64,000 nt of DNA, taken from sequence record NZ_CP145666.1; one strand, 5' to 3'. A program made the translations under genes and the position numbers. The notes beneath the pieces were generated by a model. It was not told the DNA's origin. It saw nothing but the letters and a program-made list of their open reading frames with translations, and did no database searches. The number at the start of each line of letters is the position of its first letter. Position 1 is the first letter of the stretch. The stretch is from a plasmid. This document shows positions 29,078 to 38,658 of this stretch, one piece after another.

Positions 29078-29509
29078 ATGCAACTCGTCGGGTACATCAA
29101 TGATCTGGAAAAGGCTCGTGATGCGGTTGATTCAGCCGCAGAACTTCTGTTTAACGAGGCCAATAGTCTTCGGGAGGAATACTGGGACAAAGCTATTGCT
29201 GATGACGAGAAGGCACGGTACAGCTTTAACGTAACCAGGCAAGGAACAACTATCAGGATCCGCTGGGCCAGATTGACACCTTTGCGCAAAGCTGGTGGAG
29301 GCATTGATCGTGTCGTTCCCAAATACCTACCTCTCAACAAAGGCGAATCATATCCACCAGCGAAATTTAAGGATGCAAGCCAGCGAGAACTTGCGCTTAT
29401 CGAACTGTATGAAGGTCAGCTTATTTGGTTGCGTGATGAGTTACGAAAAAACCGTGCAATTCGGCAGGCACTTTCACTTCGAATAACTCACCTAAGAAAA
29501 CAGCTTTAG
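29078..29509 (+). CDS. hypothetical protein (143 aa)
   Basis: GAGGTGG SD; basic helical protein. Confidence 0.45.
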   Translation: MQLVGYINDLEKARDAVDSAAELLFNEANSLREEYWDKAIADDEKARYSFNVTRQGTTIRIRWARLTPLRKAGGGIDRVVPKYLPLNKGESYPPAKFKDASQRELALIELYEGQLIWLRDELRKNRAIRQALSLRITHLRKQL

Positions 29510-29580
29510 AAATACAAACCGCTCTGGAGTAAACATAACGGATATACATGAATACCAGGCGATGACCTGGTATTTTTGTT

Positions 29581-29940
29581 AGTGAGCCTTCAGGCGATCT
29601 GTTAGTGAGCCTTCAGGCGATAGCGGACTTATCGCGGCGGAAATGAATCAGGATGATCGCAATATGATCGCGAGTGTTTTCGCCCGGGTATGATCGGGTG
29701 GGAATGCAGCGGACTATTTCGCGGGCGCGAATATGGAAGGTAAACAAAGCGGAAGCGATAGCGTCGGTTTTCTCTATTTTTACATCGGGAGGTTGAGCAT
29801 GGTAATAATCAAACCGCACGATGTCGGAGGAAAGATGAATTTCCTCCGGGGGTTTTTATGGGCAACCGGAGGTTGCCCTGGTTTTAATCGCCGGGGAAAA
29901 CCAAAAGTGAATAACCAACATGGTTTTCCTCCGGGGGTTT
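29581..29940. repeat. noncoding region with direct repeat AGTGAGCCTTCAGGCGAT x2, duplicated TTCCTCCGGGGGTTTTT elements and palindrome GCAACCGGAGGTTGC
   Basis: Read directly. No convincing ORF from 29510 to 30385. Confidence 0.4.
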
Positions 29941-30385
29941 TTGTCGCGGCGAGTACCGCTTAGAAATTGTGATCGGCTATCGAAACGGACAATATGAAGT
30001 CGATACCCTCGTTCGGAATAACTTCCCTCCCGATACACGCGTAAACAAAACGAAACCATTAACAAATTATCGCTCAGATTATCAAAGTGGATCATCTCCG
30101 TCTCATACCAGCCAAATTCCCTTGTAAACCGATCTGTATTCGCAAAAGGATCCGTTATTGGGATAAAACCACGCCAGAATCGCCTCAGAACGATTCTGAG
30201 CTTATCCCCCTGGTATTTTCACGATCGGATTGATTAAAACGCGCCTGAGCGTTTTGAGCGCGTTTTGTAGATCGACATATCTGTAAATTTCCTGAGTATG
30301 GTTTGGCTATGCCCTGATTTTGTTCCGAACGGGGAAGCCGTTATGATTAGGTCTGAATGTAAAGCACTTGTAGAGGTGATGCGGT

Positions 30386-31075
30386 ATGAGTCACGAGCGC
30401 ATTGAGGTTTTTGGTGATGGAGGCAGCTGGATAGCCGAAAGGCTTAAGTCATTCAGGTTAACGATCTTGGGTCAAAGTGAGTCGTTGTCTATCGTCAGGA
30501 ACCCGACTGACAATTCTGCCTGGGTGACTCACGATGATACCGGCCTTGTTTTATGTCCCCTCCATGTTGATGGTTCGTTGGCCCCGGATATCGCTGAAGC
30601 TACTGAGACGGTGGAGAAATACATCTCCCGAGTGAGCCCTGCGGGAATATCAGCACGGATAAAGCAAGCCCGTAACCACCTGGATAGAATTGCCGCACCG
30701 GTAGACTCACGTTCTGCGGCAGCACTGTTAAGACGTGGCGGAATCCCGATTCTCTCACTGCGAACCACGGAATATCTGAAGTGGTACGAGTTGTTAGCGA
30801 GACTGGCGAAAGGTCAGGCTCTGTCACCATCCATCTGGGTGGATAACTACCTTGCCGGTGATACACCAGAAAGTGCATGGGCTAATGGACGCGGACTCTA
30901 TGAGTTAATCAACAATGGGAATATGACATCAGCCAATACGATTTTCCCGGTCTGGTATTCTGTAGCTCTCGCACTGGGAAGATTCACAACAGAAGAACTA
31001 CCTGTGATGAACGCCTGGCCGAGCTATTGTGATGGAACCCGTGTGGAGAGTTTTATCCAGTTGTATCGTGATTAA
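30386..31075 (+). CDS. hypothetical protein (229 aa)
   Basis: GAGGTGA SD before ATG. Confidence 0.5.
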   Translation: MSHERIEVFGDGGSWIAERLKSFRLTILGQSESLSIVRNPTDNSAWVTHDDTGLVLCPLHVDGSLAPDIAEATETVEKYISRVSPAGISARIKQARNHLDRIAAPVDSRSAAALLRRGGIPILSLRTTEYLKWYELLARLAKGQALSPSIWVDNYLAGDTPESAWANGRGLYELINNGNMTSANTIFPVWYSVALALGRFTTEELPVMNAWPSYCDGTRVESFIQLYRD

Positions 31076-31140
31076 TTCTTATTCATATGTCATATGATTA
31101 ACGCTAAAGAAGATCTGCGGTAAGTCTGGCCGTTACCCGG

Positions 31141-31213
31141 AACCCCGGGACAGACCGAAACTTGCTTTCGGGTTGTCTCGGGGTTGGCCGAGCGAAGCGC
31201 TGGCAAGCACCAC
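31141..31213 (+). repeat. 58-nt structured repeat, copy 1 (CAGACCGAAACTTGCTTTCGGG...GGCCGAGCGAAGCGCTGGCAAG)
   Basis: Direct repeat with copy 2 at 31471-31546. Contains a 12-bp stem hairpin. Lies in the 5' leader of a small membrane ORF. Confidence 0.6.
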
Positions 31214-31234
31214 ACCTATTTTGAGGAGAAGCCA

Positions 31235-31420
31235 ATGTTAATTTCGTATAAGAGCAAATTGAAATTAGGATCTATCGCACTATGTTCATTTGGTGTAGGT
31301 ATGGGCGTTATGCTATCAAAAACCGTTCCACTATCTTTAAGCGCTGTAGTAGTACTCGCCTTTTTCTGGTTACTCTCAATCATTTGTTTAGGGGTTGCTG
31401 CTTTCTTTTGTTCCGATTGA
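31235..31420 (+). CDS. small two-TM membrane protein (61 aa), tentative
   Basis: GAGGAGAAG SD before ATG 31235; flanked by the two 58-nt repeats. Confidence 0.35.
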   Translation: MLISYKSKLKLGSIALCSFGVGMGVMLSKTVPLSLSAVVVLAFFWLLSIICLGVAAFFCSD

Positions 31421-31470
31421 AATTGTGTAGTTCATACAGTACCCCGAATAATCCCCGCCTTTGTCAGTAG

Positions 31471-31546
31471 ATAACCGTGAGGCAGACCGAAACTTGTTTT
31501 CGGGCTGTCGAGGGGTTGGCCGAGCGAAGCGCTGGCAAGTACAGAC
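31471..31546 (+). repeat. 58-nt structured repeat, copy 2
   Basis: About 90 percent identical to copy 1. Confidence 0.6.
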
Positions 31547-31669
31547 CATATTGTTCCCCCTGCATTTCTCATCGCTAAATTCTTTCTTGAAATATCGTCA
31601 GATTCCCTGTTTGTCACCCACCAGCCTCATGTTGTTATTGACCTAACTGCCATTCAATGGGAAGCAACA

Positions 31670-32233
31670 ATGTTTAATTTAATCGCGAAGGCTAAAGAAG
31701 CAGGTTATCAATTCTGGATCAGTGCCTCCAAGGTACTGACAGTTACTACCGGAACCGAGATGGGGCTGACGATTATTAAAACTGTAACTGATATTAACCC
31801 TTGCTTGCTGGTGGCGGAGTTAATGAACCTTGGGATCACGTTATCCCCAGATAATAATTATTTCTGCTGGTTGGATAGCGAAGGTGTCCTTTGGGCCGTT
31901 GACCGCCACCATCTCTATCGAGGAAATACAGGGGAGCATGGGGTAAACTGGGATGTCGTCTATCATCACGGCATGGTAATTAATACCCCTGAGCAGGCAT
32001 CCATCCTTTTCAAAATTCCCCACATTGGGCGCTTTACTGCCACTGTAATGTATAGCGCTGGCTATACACCCGACTGGGCTCTTCCAGCCTTTGTTGATTT
32101 TTCTGGTGAACCGGATCATGAAACAATACTGTCGTGGTTATCCGAGGTAGGCATTCGTAATGCAGGAATGCATCTCGAAGATATTGAGTTTCTTTCTGTT
32201 GAAGAAAATCCCGACGCTTATATCTCTCTTTAA
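31670..32233 (+). CDS. hypothetical protein (187 aa)
   Basis: Promoter-module variant TTTGTCACC about 60 nt upstream. Confidence 0.5.
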   Translation: MFNLIAKAKEAGYQFWISASKVLTVTTGTEMGLTIIKTVTDINPCLLVAELMNLGITLSPDNNYFCWLDSEGVLWAVDRHHLYRGNTGEHGVNWDVVYHHGMVINTPEQASILFKIPHIGRFTATVMYSAGYTPDWALPAFVDFSGEPDHETILSWLSEVGIRNAGMHLEDIEFLSVEENPDAYISL

Positions 32234-32245
32234 TGAGGTCTCTGT

Positions 32246-32662
32246 ATGTCAAACGTTAAACCTTATTCCTGGGTAGTTCGCTTCGATGTTGCTCCTCAGT
32301 GGGTAGCTGACGGCTTTATCATGACAGATACCACAGCTCTCGAAATGCTATCTGATGTTATCAACTATGCAAACGATCACGAACTTGCCGCATTGGTTAT
32401 TTCAGCACCCGATGCAGAAAGAATTTCCGAGGAGCAAGGCTATTTGGCTTCTAACAATGCGGAGCTAATGCGTCAGGTGCTAATCGGCTCACCGCAGGCA
32501 TATGCTAAAGCATCTGTGGCAAATACCCTGCTAAAGGCTATAACCGCACTTGAGCAAACGCAGGATAATAAGCAGGTCGTTAAAGAACTGCATTCCAGCC
32601 TCGCTTTACTGACGGGCAATAAGCCTATTTCGGACATTATCTGGTTTCCAACCCCAGAATAA
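32246..32662 (+). CDS. hypothetical protein (138 aa)
   Basis: GAGGT SD. Confidence 0.5.
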   Translation: MSNVKPYSWVVRFDVAPQWVADGFIMTDTTALEMLSDVINYANDHELAALVISAPDAERISEEQGYLASNNAELMRQVLIGSPQAYAKASVANTLLKAITALEQTQDNKQVVKELHSSLALLTGNKPISDIIWFPTPE

Positions 32663-32713
32663 TTCTTTCATAAAGAGCTTAAATCTTTAGCTCATTTATT
32701 TATGGATTTTCTA

Positions 32714-32764
32714 TTCGTCAGCCACCCAGCGTGTGTTTAACTGAAGTTAGTAAACAAAACGAAA
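32714..32764 (+). promoter_or_regulatory. accessory promoter module (TTCGTCAGCC ... GTAAACAAAACGAAA)
   Basis: Member of the repeated promoter family. Confidence 0.45.
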
Positions 32765-32783
32765 AACATACGCGGGGTGATTT

Positions 32784-33035
32784 ATGAATACTGCAATTCA
32801 TCAAGTACGAAATAACGTTCGTCGCACTACATCTGCACGTCCTGTTTGTTATCCAGTTCGCCCGCAGACAGAGAAAGAACTTTTTTCTGTAGGCCGCAGC
32901 CTCTGGTATCGCTACACCACTTCATTTGGCCCGTGCCGTGAAGTTCACCATCATCATGTGCAGCAGCTTGCACACCTGGTGGGTAAATCTGTTGGCTATG
33001 TTGAACATGCCATTAATCATTACCTCACGCATTGA
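32784..33035 (+). CDS. hypothetical small protein (83 aa)
   Basis: GCGGGGTGA SD; His-rich. Confidence 0.4.
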   Translation: MNTAIHQVRNNVRRTTSARPVCYPVRPQTEKELFSVGRSLWYRYTTSFGPCREVHHHHVQQLAHLVGKSVGYVEHAINHYLTH

Positions 33036-33050
33036 ACGAGGCGGCTTAAT

Positions 33051-33323
33051 ATGTCTACTCAAATCTATTGTGCGGTGCTTCGCCATTTCATGATGATGGC
33101 TGCATCCTCCCAGCACTCATTGATTGTGCTGAAGCAATTATATAACGCAGAGATTTCATCGAAAGCTCACCTGGCCGGTCTCTCCGTGTCCGAAGCTGAA
33201 GCGCTCCTGGCTCTACCATCCACCAGCTGGCGCAAACGCGATGATGTAATTCATGAGCTGAACATTCGCCTTAAGCAACTCACTAGCGTAGCCACACCGC
33301 CAGCTCAACAAGTCGCAAACTGA
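33051..33323 (+). CDS. hypothetical small protein (90 aa)
   Basis: Open frame in an operon-like series. Confidence 0.4.
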   Translation: MSTQIYCAVLRHFMMMAASSQHSLIVLKQLYNAEISSKAHLAGLSVSEAEALLALPSTSWRKRDDVIHELNIRLKQLTSVATPPAQQVAN

Positions 33324-33336
33324 AGGAGTCTATAAC

Positions 33337-33720
33337 ATGCTGCCATTTCTCATTTTGCTGTTCTGCTCATCGCCTGAGACGGCGCGAATGATCCTAATCT
33401 ACGCTACCGATGAATCTGCGGCCCGCCTCCAGGCGCTTGAAGATTTCGCACGTCTGAATGATTCGGGTTTTGCTGCTTCCGCCCAAACCCCATATGAGTG
33501 GGAGAATCCTCACGGTGACCAGCTCTTTATTGAGTCGGTATACCCGGTTCCATCCGGCGATTTATCTGCTATCCGCCGTATGCTCGGGGATGACGATGCC
33601 CCATATACCGACAAGCACCTTATTGCCGGTTTACCGGAGGACAGCCGACGTATCCAGATGATTGAACCGAATGCCGGTACTCTTTCTCGTATTGCTCAGG
33701 CAGAGCAGTACCTTCAGTAG
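33337..33720 (+). CDS. hypothetical protein (127 aa)
   Basis: AAGGAG SD. Confidence 0.45.
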   Translation: MLPFLILLFCSSPETARMILIYATDESAARLQALEDFARLNDSGFAASAQTPYEWENPHGDQLFIESVYPVPSGDLSAIRRMLGDDDAPYTDKHLIAGLPEDSRRIQMIEPNAGTLSRIAQAEQYLQ

Positions 33721-33782
33721 ACTTGTGTTCCGACCGCCCACCAGCAGGTGGGCTTCGGGCTAATTTCCTGTACGAGGTATGT

Positions 33783-34487
33783 ATGCAAGGTACACCACGC
33801 TGGTGGCAGAACGGTCGTCGGGTGCAGGCCGTTCTCGCAGAGAATCAGACCGCAGATGTAAGGCTCAATATCGGCCCAGAAAATGACTTCTGGTTTACTG
33901 ATGATGGTAATAATCCTGTTGCTGTGCTTAGGGTTATCGGCCCGGTCTGTCCACTGGATCCGCTAAAATTCACCTCCAGTATCACTGATGTCCTTCCTGA
34001 AGATGTCCATAGCTATAAAAAAGCCCTTCAGGAACACCAGATGATAAACCGGCCTGTCTCGTTCTATCTTGCACTTGCCGATGCCTGGTTGCTTGTTAAC
34101 GAACAGCAGCCGGTTTACCAGTTCCGCATCCGAAACCAGTACAACGGCATGACTACTGAATGGAATTCCGTTGCCCGGGACAAAGTCATTGAAGTGATTA
34201 AGATGCAGCCGGAAACCGCTGAATTCCGGGTTCTCGTCCCATCGGCTCCTGAGCCTGCTGCGAATGCCCGGCAGTTGATCTCAGAAATTGAAGGTCTGCG
34301 TGAAGCTATTGGGAAACTCTACCCGGCAAATACTGATGTACGTCGTATTGCCAGAAACAGCGGCTGGATGCATGTATACGACGACACCAATGCCAAAATG
34401 AACTTTGCAGACAATGCCAGAAATACCCCTTATCTCGATGCCTTTGTGACTCAACTGCATCTCTTCCTCACAGATGATCGAGAGTAG
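33783..34487 (+). CDS. hypothetical protein (234 aa)
   Basis: GAGGT SD before ATG 33783 (MQGTPRWW); the track ORF starts upstream at 33723. Confidence 0.45.
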   Translation: MQGTPRWWQNGRRVQAVLAENQTADVRLNIGPENDFWFTDDGNNPVAVLRVIGPVCPLDPLKFTSSITDVLPEDVHSYKKALQEHQMINRPVSFYLALADAWLLVNEQQPVYQFRIRNQYNGMTTEWNSVARDKVIEVIKMQPETAEFRVLVPSAPEPAANARQLISEIEGLREAIGKLYPANTDVRRIARNSGWMHVYDDTNAKMNFADNARNTPYLDAFVTQLHLFLTDDRE

Positions 34488-34655
34488 ATGTAAAACCTCC
34501 CTGAATCTTTCTGCTCTAACCAGCGCTGTCATATAGCATTTTTTTGACGGCGCTGCCGGTTGCGCTTTTATCAAACATGGTAAATACATTGTTTCATGCT
34601 GTCTGGCTCCCGGGCGCGGAGTTATCGTTGATGGAACCAAGTTGAGATATTCGAA

Positions 34656-35828
34656 ATGAAAAGACCAACGGCACATAAAAATGACCGTCTGCCGGTGCGA
34701 AGATCTAACCCTACAACGCCTCAAGCAAGAGAGCGCGTTATTGCCGGGCTGGTGGCCTCAGCTACATCTGACTTCGTCTACCTCGTTCAGTGGCTGAAAT
34801 CAGGAAAGCAGAACGGTGACCCTCTACAGCTATCCAGATGGGATAGCCTGAGAAATGCAATAAGTCACCTTGAGACGCTTGATGCTGGTGTACAACCTGA
34901 CTGGCGCAAAGTCCTCACCCTGGTGTCGCGGGAAATTCATACCAGCCATAATGTCCAGGCGGTTGTTACTCCTCCGTCTAAAATCGCCGGTGGTATACTC
35001 AGCAACCTTAACGACATCAGCCAGAAGATAGCGACCGGGCTTGCTTCCCCTGACATGCTCGGCAGGCTCGATTATATGCTTCAGTTGACCGCAGGCCTGG
35101 CAGGTGGTGATGATCTGGCGCAAAGCATCCGTAAGGTTTCAGACAGTGCAGAAAAAGCCCTACGTGGTTATGACAAGCCGCAGGCAAAGGCCAAAACGCC
35201 TAAACCGGCCCCACCAGCTCCTGCATTCCGGGATGATCAGACGTTCAGGCAAGAGTGTGCGCCACTGATTGGGGTTGATGACCTCTTTGTTCTGGCTAAT
35301 TGCCTTATTGCGATGTCCGCCCGCCTGGGCCGTTCTCCTGTCAGCCTAGCGAAACGCGCAGCGGGTTTAAAAGGTGTGATTAAACCCGATATGCTGGCTG
35401 ACCTGCTGGAGCTCTTACAGCAGGACGTGGATCTGACCGCCCTGGCCCCGCCACCCAGGGTTAAAGACGATAATAGCCGCAGTGATGGAGGTAAGCTCGT
35501 CGGTTTAACCGGGGTCGTCGAAGGTGGCGCGTCAATCGGTGCTGAAGCGCAGCGTATCATCACCGCAGAACTGAAGAAGCACTCGCCGCTCACTTCGGCG
35601 CAGCGCGTATCTTTCGATACCGCCCGTGCGGGTCTGGCGCTGGAGAGCGATACATTCCGGGTTATTGAAGAGATCAGACGTATTGCAGCATCACTCAACT
35701 GGAGACCGCTGGCTGTCGCGGCCCATGCCGCGCATAAATCGCCTGGTATCCGCCCGGAGATTGCCGGGGATGTGATCACGTTGCTGGCGCAGGATGAGGC
35801 CTTAACCACCAGCAAGCCTAGCCGTTAA
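34656..35828 (+). CDS. hypothetical protein (390 aa), high-GC segment, Ala/Pro-rich
   Basis: Long ORF in a locally GC-rich segment (about 60 percent). The antisense ORF 35237-35815 is treated as a GC artefact. Confidence 0.45.
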   Translation: MKRPTAHKNDRLPVRRSNPTTPQARERVIAGLVASATSDFVYLVQWLKSGKQNGDPLQLSRWDSLRNAISHLETLDAGVQPDWRKVLTLVSREIHTSHNVQAVVTPPSKIAGGILSNLNDISQKIATGLASPDMLGRLDYMLQLTAGLAGGDDLAQSIRKVSDSAEKALRGYDKPQAKAKTPKPAPPAPAFRDDQTFRQECAPLIGVDDLFVLANCLIAMSARLGRSPVSLAKRAAGLKGVIKPDMLADLLELLQQDVDLTALAPPPRVKDDNSRSDGGKLVGLTGVVEGGASIGAEAQRIITAELKKHSPLTSAQRVSFDTARAGLALESDTFRVIEEIRRIAASLNWRPLAVAAHAAHKSPGIRPEIAGDVITLLAQDEALTTSKPSR

Positions 35829-36460
35829 GTACCTGCCGCGCTGACTACAGCTTACCTCGCGATATTGCACCAGCAGCTCAGAAATAATACCGGTATAAAC
35901 GTCCGCGTTTTGCCGGTATTTTAATTCGCCCTATTTTTAGAATTAGCGATAATAGCGTTGCTTATTACGTATTTTTACACTCAGAAACCTTCGTCACATG
36001 AATAGGGTATGGTTCACTGAATAGACAAAGACGTTAAATCTGGTCAGCTACAGAAAGGAGGATTTATGTAAATGCTCTCGTTACGTTCAAACTCTTAAAA
36101 AACTGCCGCGCCTGCCTATATAAGCCAGGCTGTAGACCTGAAGTCTACAAATTTAGCGTTACTGACAATTCACAATCCAGTGAACCGGCCCACACTAAGG
36201 AGGTTATATGCGAACGCGTAACTTTAAATCTGAGTCTATGTAATCTGATCAGCTGGCGCTGCCGAGAATGGCGGACTCCGCTACCCCGGTGATAGACCGG
36301 GGTAGCAGGAAGAAAGAGTAACGATTTACCGGTTTTAAAACCAAATTTTCGTCAAATGGGATACAAGCGCCCAAGGCCGGTTCCCGTCTGACAGACCGAA
36401 GTTGTGATGTGTGCATCGCCCCCCTGGAAGTTGTTTTATTGAATTGCTGTGTGTAGTTTT

Positions 36461-36488
36461 GCGGGGATAATACCCCGCTTTTTTTTTG
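36461..36488 (+). terminator. intrinsic terminator ending a noncoding/mini-ORF region
   Basis: GCGGGGATAATACCCCGC plus T9. Confidence 0.65.
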
Positions 36489-36614
36489 CTTATTCTTCTT
36501 CGTCACCCCACCTTCCTGTGCCATCATACGTATAGAAAATAACTTTTCACTTCTGACCCTTTTTCAGTTGAAGTCTTATGATTTGATATTCCGCTAATAC
36601 ACACACATTAAGGA

Positions 36615-36956
36615 ATGAAAATGAGCAACGATATTCATAACAAAATTGCTGATGCTTTAGCTTCTGTTGGTTTAAAACTTTCCGATGGATATACCCGGGC
36701 CGCACTCTTACTGAAGATGAAAGGTTCAGTTAGTCTCAATTTTGCTGTTGATGGCAAACCTGTCACTGTCACTCTCCATATGACTGAATCGGGTGATGTT
36801 ACTGCTACCACTGATTATGACGATTCAACCGCTACTGCCGCAGCAGCAGCCGCAGCCACTACAACGCCAACACAAGAGTCGGTGGAAAAACCAGCAGAAG
36901 AGTCGGTGGAAGAGCCAGAAAAAAGTAATACACGAAAAGGCCCAAGGCCTAAGTAA
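36615..36956 (+). CDS. hypothetical protein (113 aa) with Ala/Thr-rich linker
   Basis: CTTCGTCACC promoter module at 36498; AAGGA SD. Confidence 0.4.
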   Translation: MKMSNDIHNKIADALASVGLKLSDGYTRAALLLKMKGSVSLNFAVDGKPVTVTLHMTESGDVTATTDYDDSTATAAAAAAATTTPTQESVEKPAEESVEEPEKSNTRKGPRPK

Positions 36957-37040
36957 TAACTGCGCTGGAACTACATGTTGGCATAATTATAAATATCAAA
37001 ACTGGCGGGGTTAAATCCCCGCTTTTTTATGCCCGATTTC

Positions 37041-37087
37041 CTTCGTCACCTGAATACCCCGTGAGACTATAAGTAAACAAAACGAAC
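37041..37087 (+). promoter_or_regulatory. accessory promoter module CTTCGTCACC ... GTAAACAAAACGAAC
   Basis: Core at 37041-37050, box at 37073-37087; ATG at 37104. Confidence 0.5.
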
Positions 37088-37103
37088 AACACGGGGCAAC
37101 GCC

Positions 37104-37697
37104 ATGACCACCAGCAAAGAGAAAAATGTATTCTACGTTCACTACTATGAATCCGACTCCAGTGGTGGCGAACTGCCACTGATGCGCATTGAAGCGGAGA
37201 ACGAAGATGAAGCCAACCTGATCTGTCTTCGCAACCTCGCGGATGTTTATGACGTTGATCATGACGACATCAGTCTTGAAGACGGCTTCGAAGTGAACGG
37301 CAATAGCGTTTATCTGCAAGGTATCTACCCGGCGACCTCAGAGCAGGCACTGGTAGTTGATGCGGTATTTAATATGACTTCTGTAGAACCAGTCGCTGAG
37401 GCTGTGACCGGCACGGCGGAATCCGCCTGCGGTATCAGCCTGGTCTCTGATAAGGTCTGGCTGGAAAGCTGGTTCGACCTCGAAGACAAATTTGCTGATC
37501 AGATGGCCCACGTCGCTGAAGATGACAAGTCTGATACACGCTTCTTGCTCTACCGTGACCAGGTCATCGATGTGCGTGAATGCGAGACATCTTCTGTCCC
37601 AGGCTGGGATCTCCAGTTCGGCTTGAGCGGCGGTACGCAGATGCTATTCATTCGCCTTTCTGATGATGGCGATCACGTTGCACTGGGTCTCGAATAA
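37104..37697 (+). CDS. acidic hypothetical protein (197 aa)
   Basis: Strongly Asp/Glu-rich; preceded by the promoter module. Confidence 0.5.
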   Translation: MTTSKEKNVFYVHYYESDSSGGELPLMRIEAENEDEANLICLRNLADVYDVDHDDISLEDGFEVNGNSVYLQGIYPATSEQALVVDAVFNMTSVEPVAEAVTGTAESACGISLVSDKVWLESWFDLEDKFADQMAHVAEDDKSDTRFLLYRDQVIDVRECETSSVPGWDLQFGLSGGTQMLFIRLSDDGDHVALGLE

Positions 37698-37789
37698 CTG
37701 CTGCCTGCGCCCGGGCTTGTTTGCCCGGGTTGCTCCCCTCCCCTGAATCAAACCGAGTATCATGACATCATTCTGAGGAGTACCAGACG

Positions 37790-38056
37790 ATGAGCGAAGT
37801 AAAGCACTTCAGCATCACGAAAACCGTTGATTTTTACATCAATGAAGCATCCCCGGAAATTATTGCGGGCCGCAGGATCTATCTGGAAACCGTATTGATT
37901 CCTCGCCTTCGTACCGGCCTTGCCGTGCTCAATAAGATGGGCCTGACCGAGCGTGAAGATATGGAGCTGCGCGATGTGTACCAGCGTGGCGTGGAATTTT
38001 TTGACAAATTGTTCGATGGCCCTGTCCCGCAGGCCAATACCACCACCAGCCACTAA
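37790..38056 (+). CDS. hypothetical small protein (88 aa)
   Basis: GAGGAG SD. The antisense ORF 37760-38053 is judged less likely. Confidence 0.4.
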   Translation: MSEVKHFSITKTVDFYINEASPEIIAGRRIYLETVLIPRLRTGLAVLNKMGLTEREDMELRDVYQRGVEFFDKLFDGPVPQANTTTSH

Positions 38057-38091
38057 TCCGCAAATTTTGTCCTTTTTTTACCCGGCTCTGA

Positions 38092-38138
38092 CTTCGTCAC
38101 CCGGGTAACCAGTGATTTAATAAGTAAACAAAACGAAC
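38092..38138 (+). promoter_or_regulatory. accessory promoter module CTTCGTCACC ... GTAAACAAAACGAAC
   Basis: ATG at 38165. Confidence 0.5.
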
Positions 38139-38164
38139 ATACCAATAATCACTGGGGATGCACC

Positions 38165-38623
38165 ATGTTTAAAAGTCTGTCTGAATTGATGACCAGCGTT
38201 GGCAAGACTGATGCGCATAAAGTCTCGATAGTCCAGGTTAAAACCGGTGTCACCTCGTGGGGCCGCAAAAACCAGTCATCCCGGCCTACGGCTGAATACC
38301 AGATCTGGATGGATACTCCTGACAACGACAGTCGTATCGTCCTGAAGCTGAATTTCGTGCTGAGTTCCCGCCGTAACCAGCCTGAGAAGAATGCGCCCCT
38401 GAATATTGAAATCAGCCAGTACGCTAACTGGGATACGGTGAAACGCGCCTGGGCGGAATGCGCTCCTGAACGCTATATGCGGCTGGAGAATGAAACGACA
38501 GATGAGTTTATGTCCACCAGCGGGGTCTGGGAAGAAGCATCCGTCATCACCAATGACATGCAGCCGGATTACCGCTACTTCTATCCAGGCACGTCCTATT
38601 ACGTGGCAAACGACAGCTACTGA
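38165..38623 (+). CDS. hypothetical protein (152 aa), paralog A
   Basis: Paralogous to 38659-39135 (shared TSWG, DxPDNxSRI, NxxxW blocks). Confidence 0.5.
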   Translation: MFKSLSELMTSVGKTDAHKVSIVQVKTGVTSWGRKNQSSRPTAEYQIWMDTPDNDSRIVLKLNFVLSSRRNQPEKNAPLNIEISQYANWDTVKRAWAECAPERYMRLENETTDEFMSTSGVWEEASVITNDMQPDYRYFYPGTSYYVANDSY

Positions 38624-38658
38624 AGCCAGAAAACACACCATATAACCGAGGATCTACC

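Noticed and set aside
35237-35815. 192-aa minus-strand ORF inside the 34656-35828 gene
   Set aside because: It is fully antisense within a 60 percent GC segment and has an Ala/Ser/Arg-rich composition typical of high-GC shadow ORFs.
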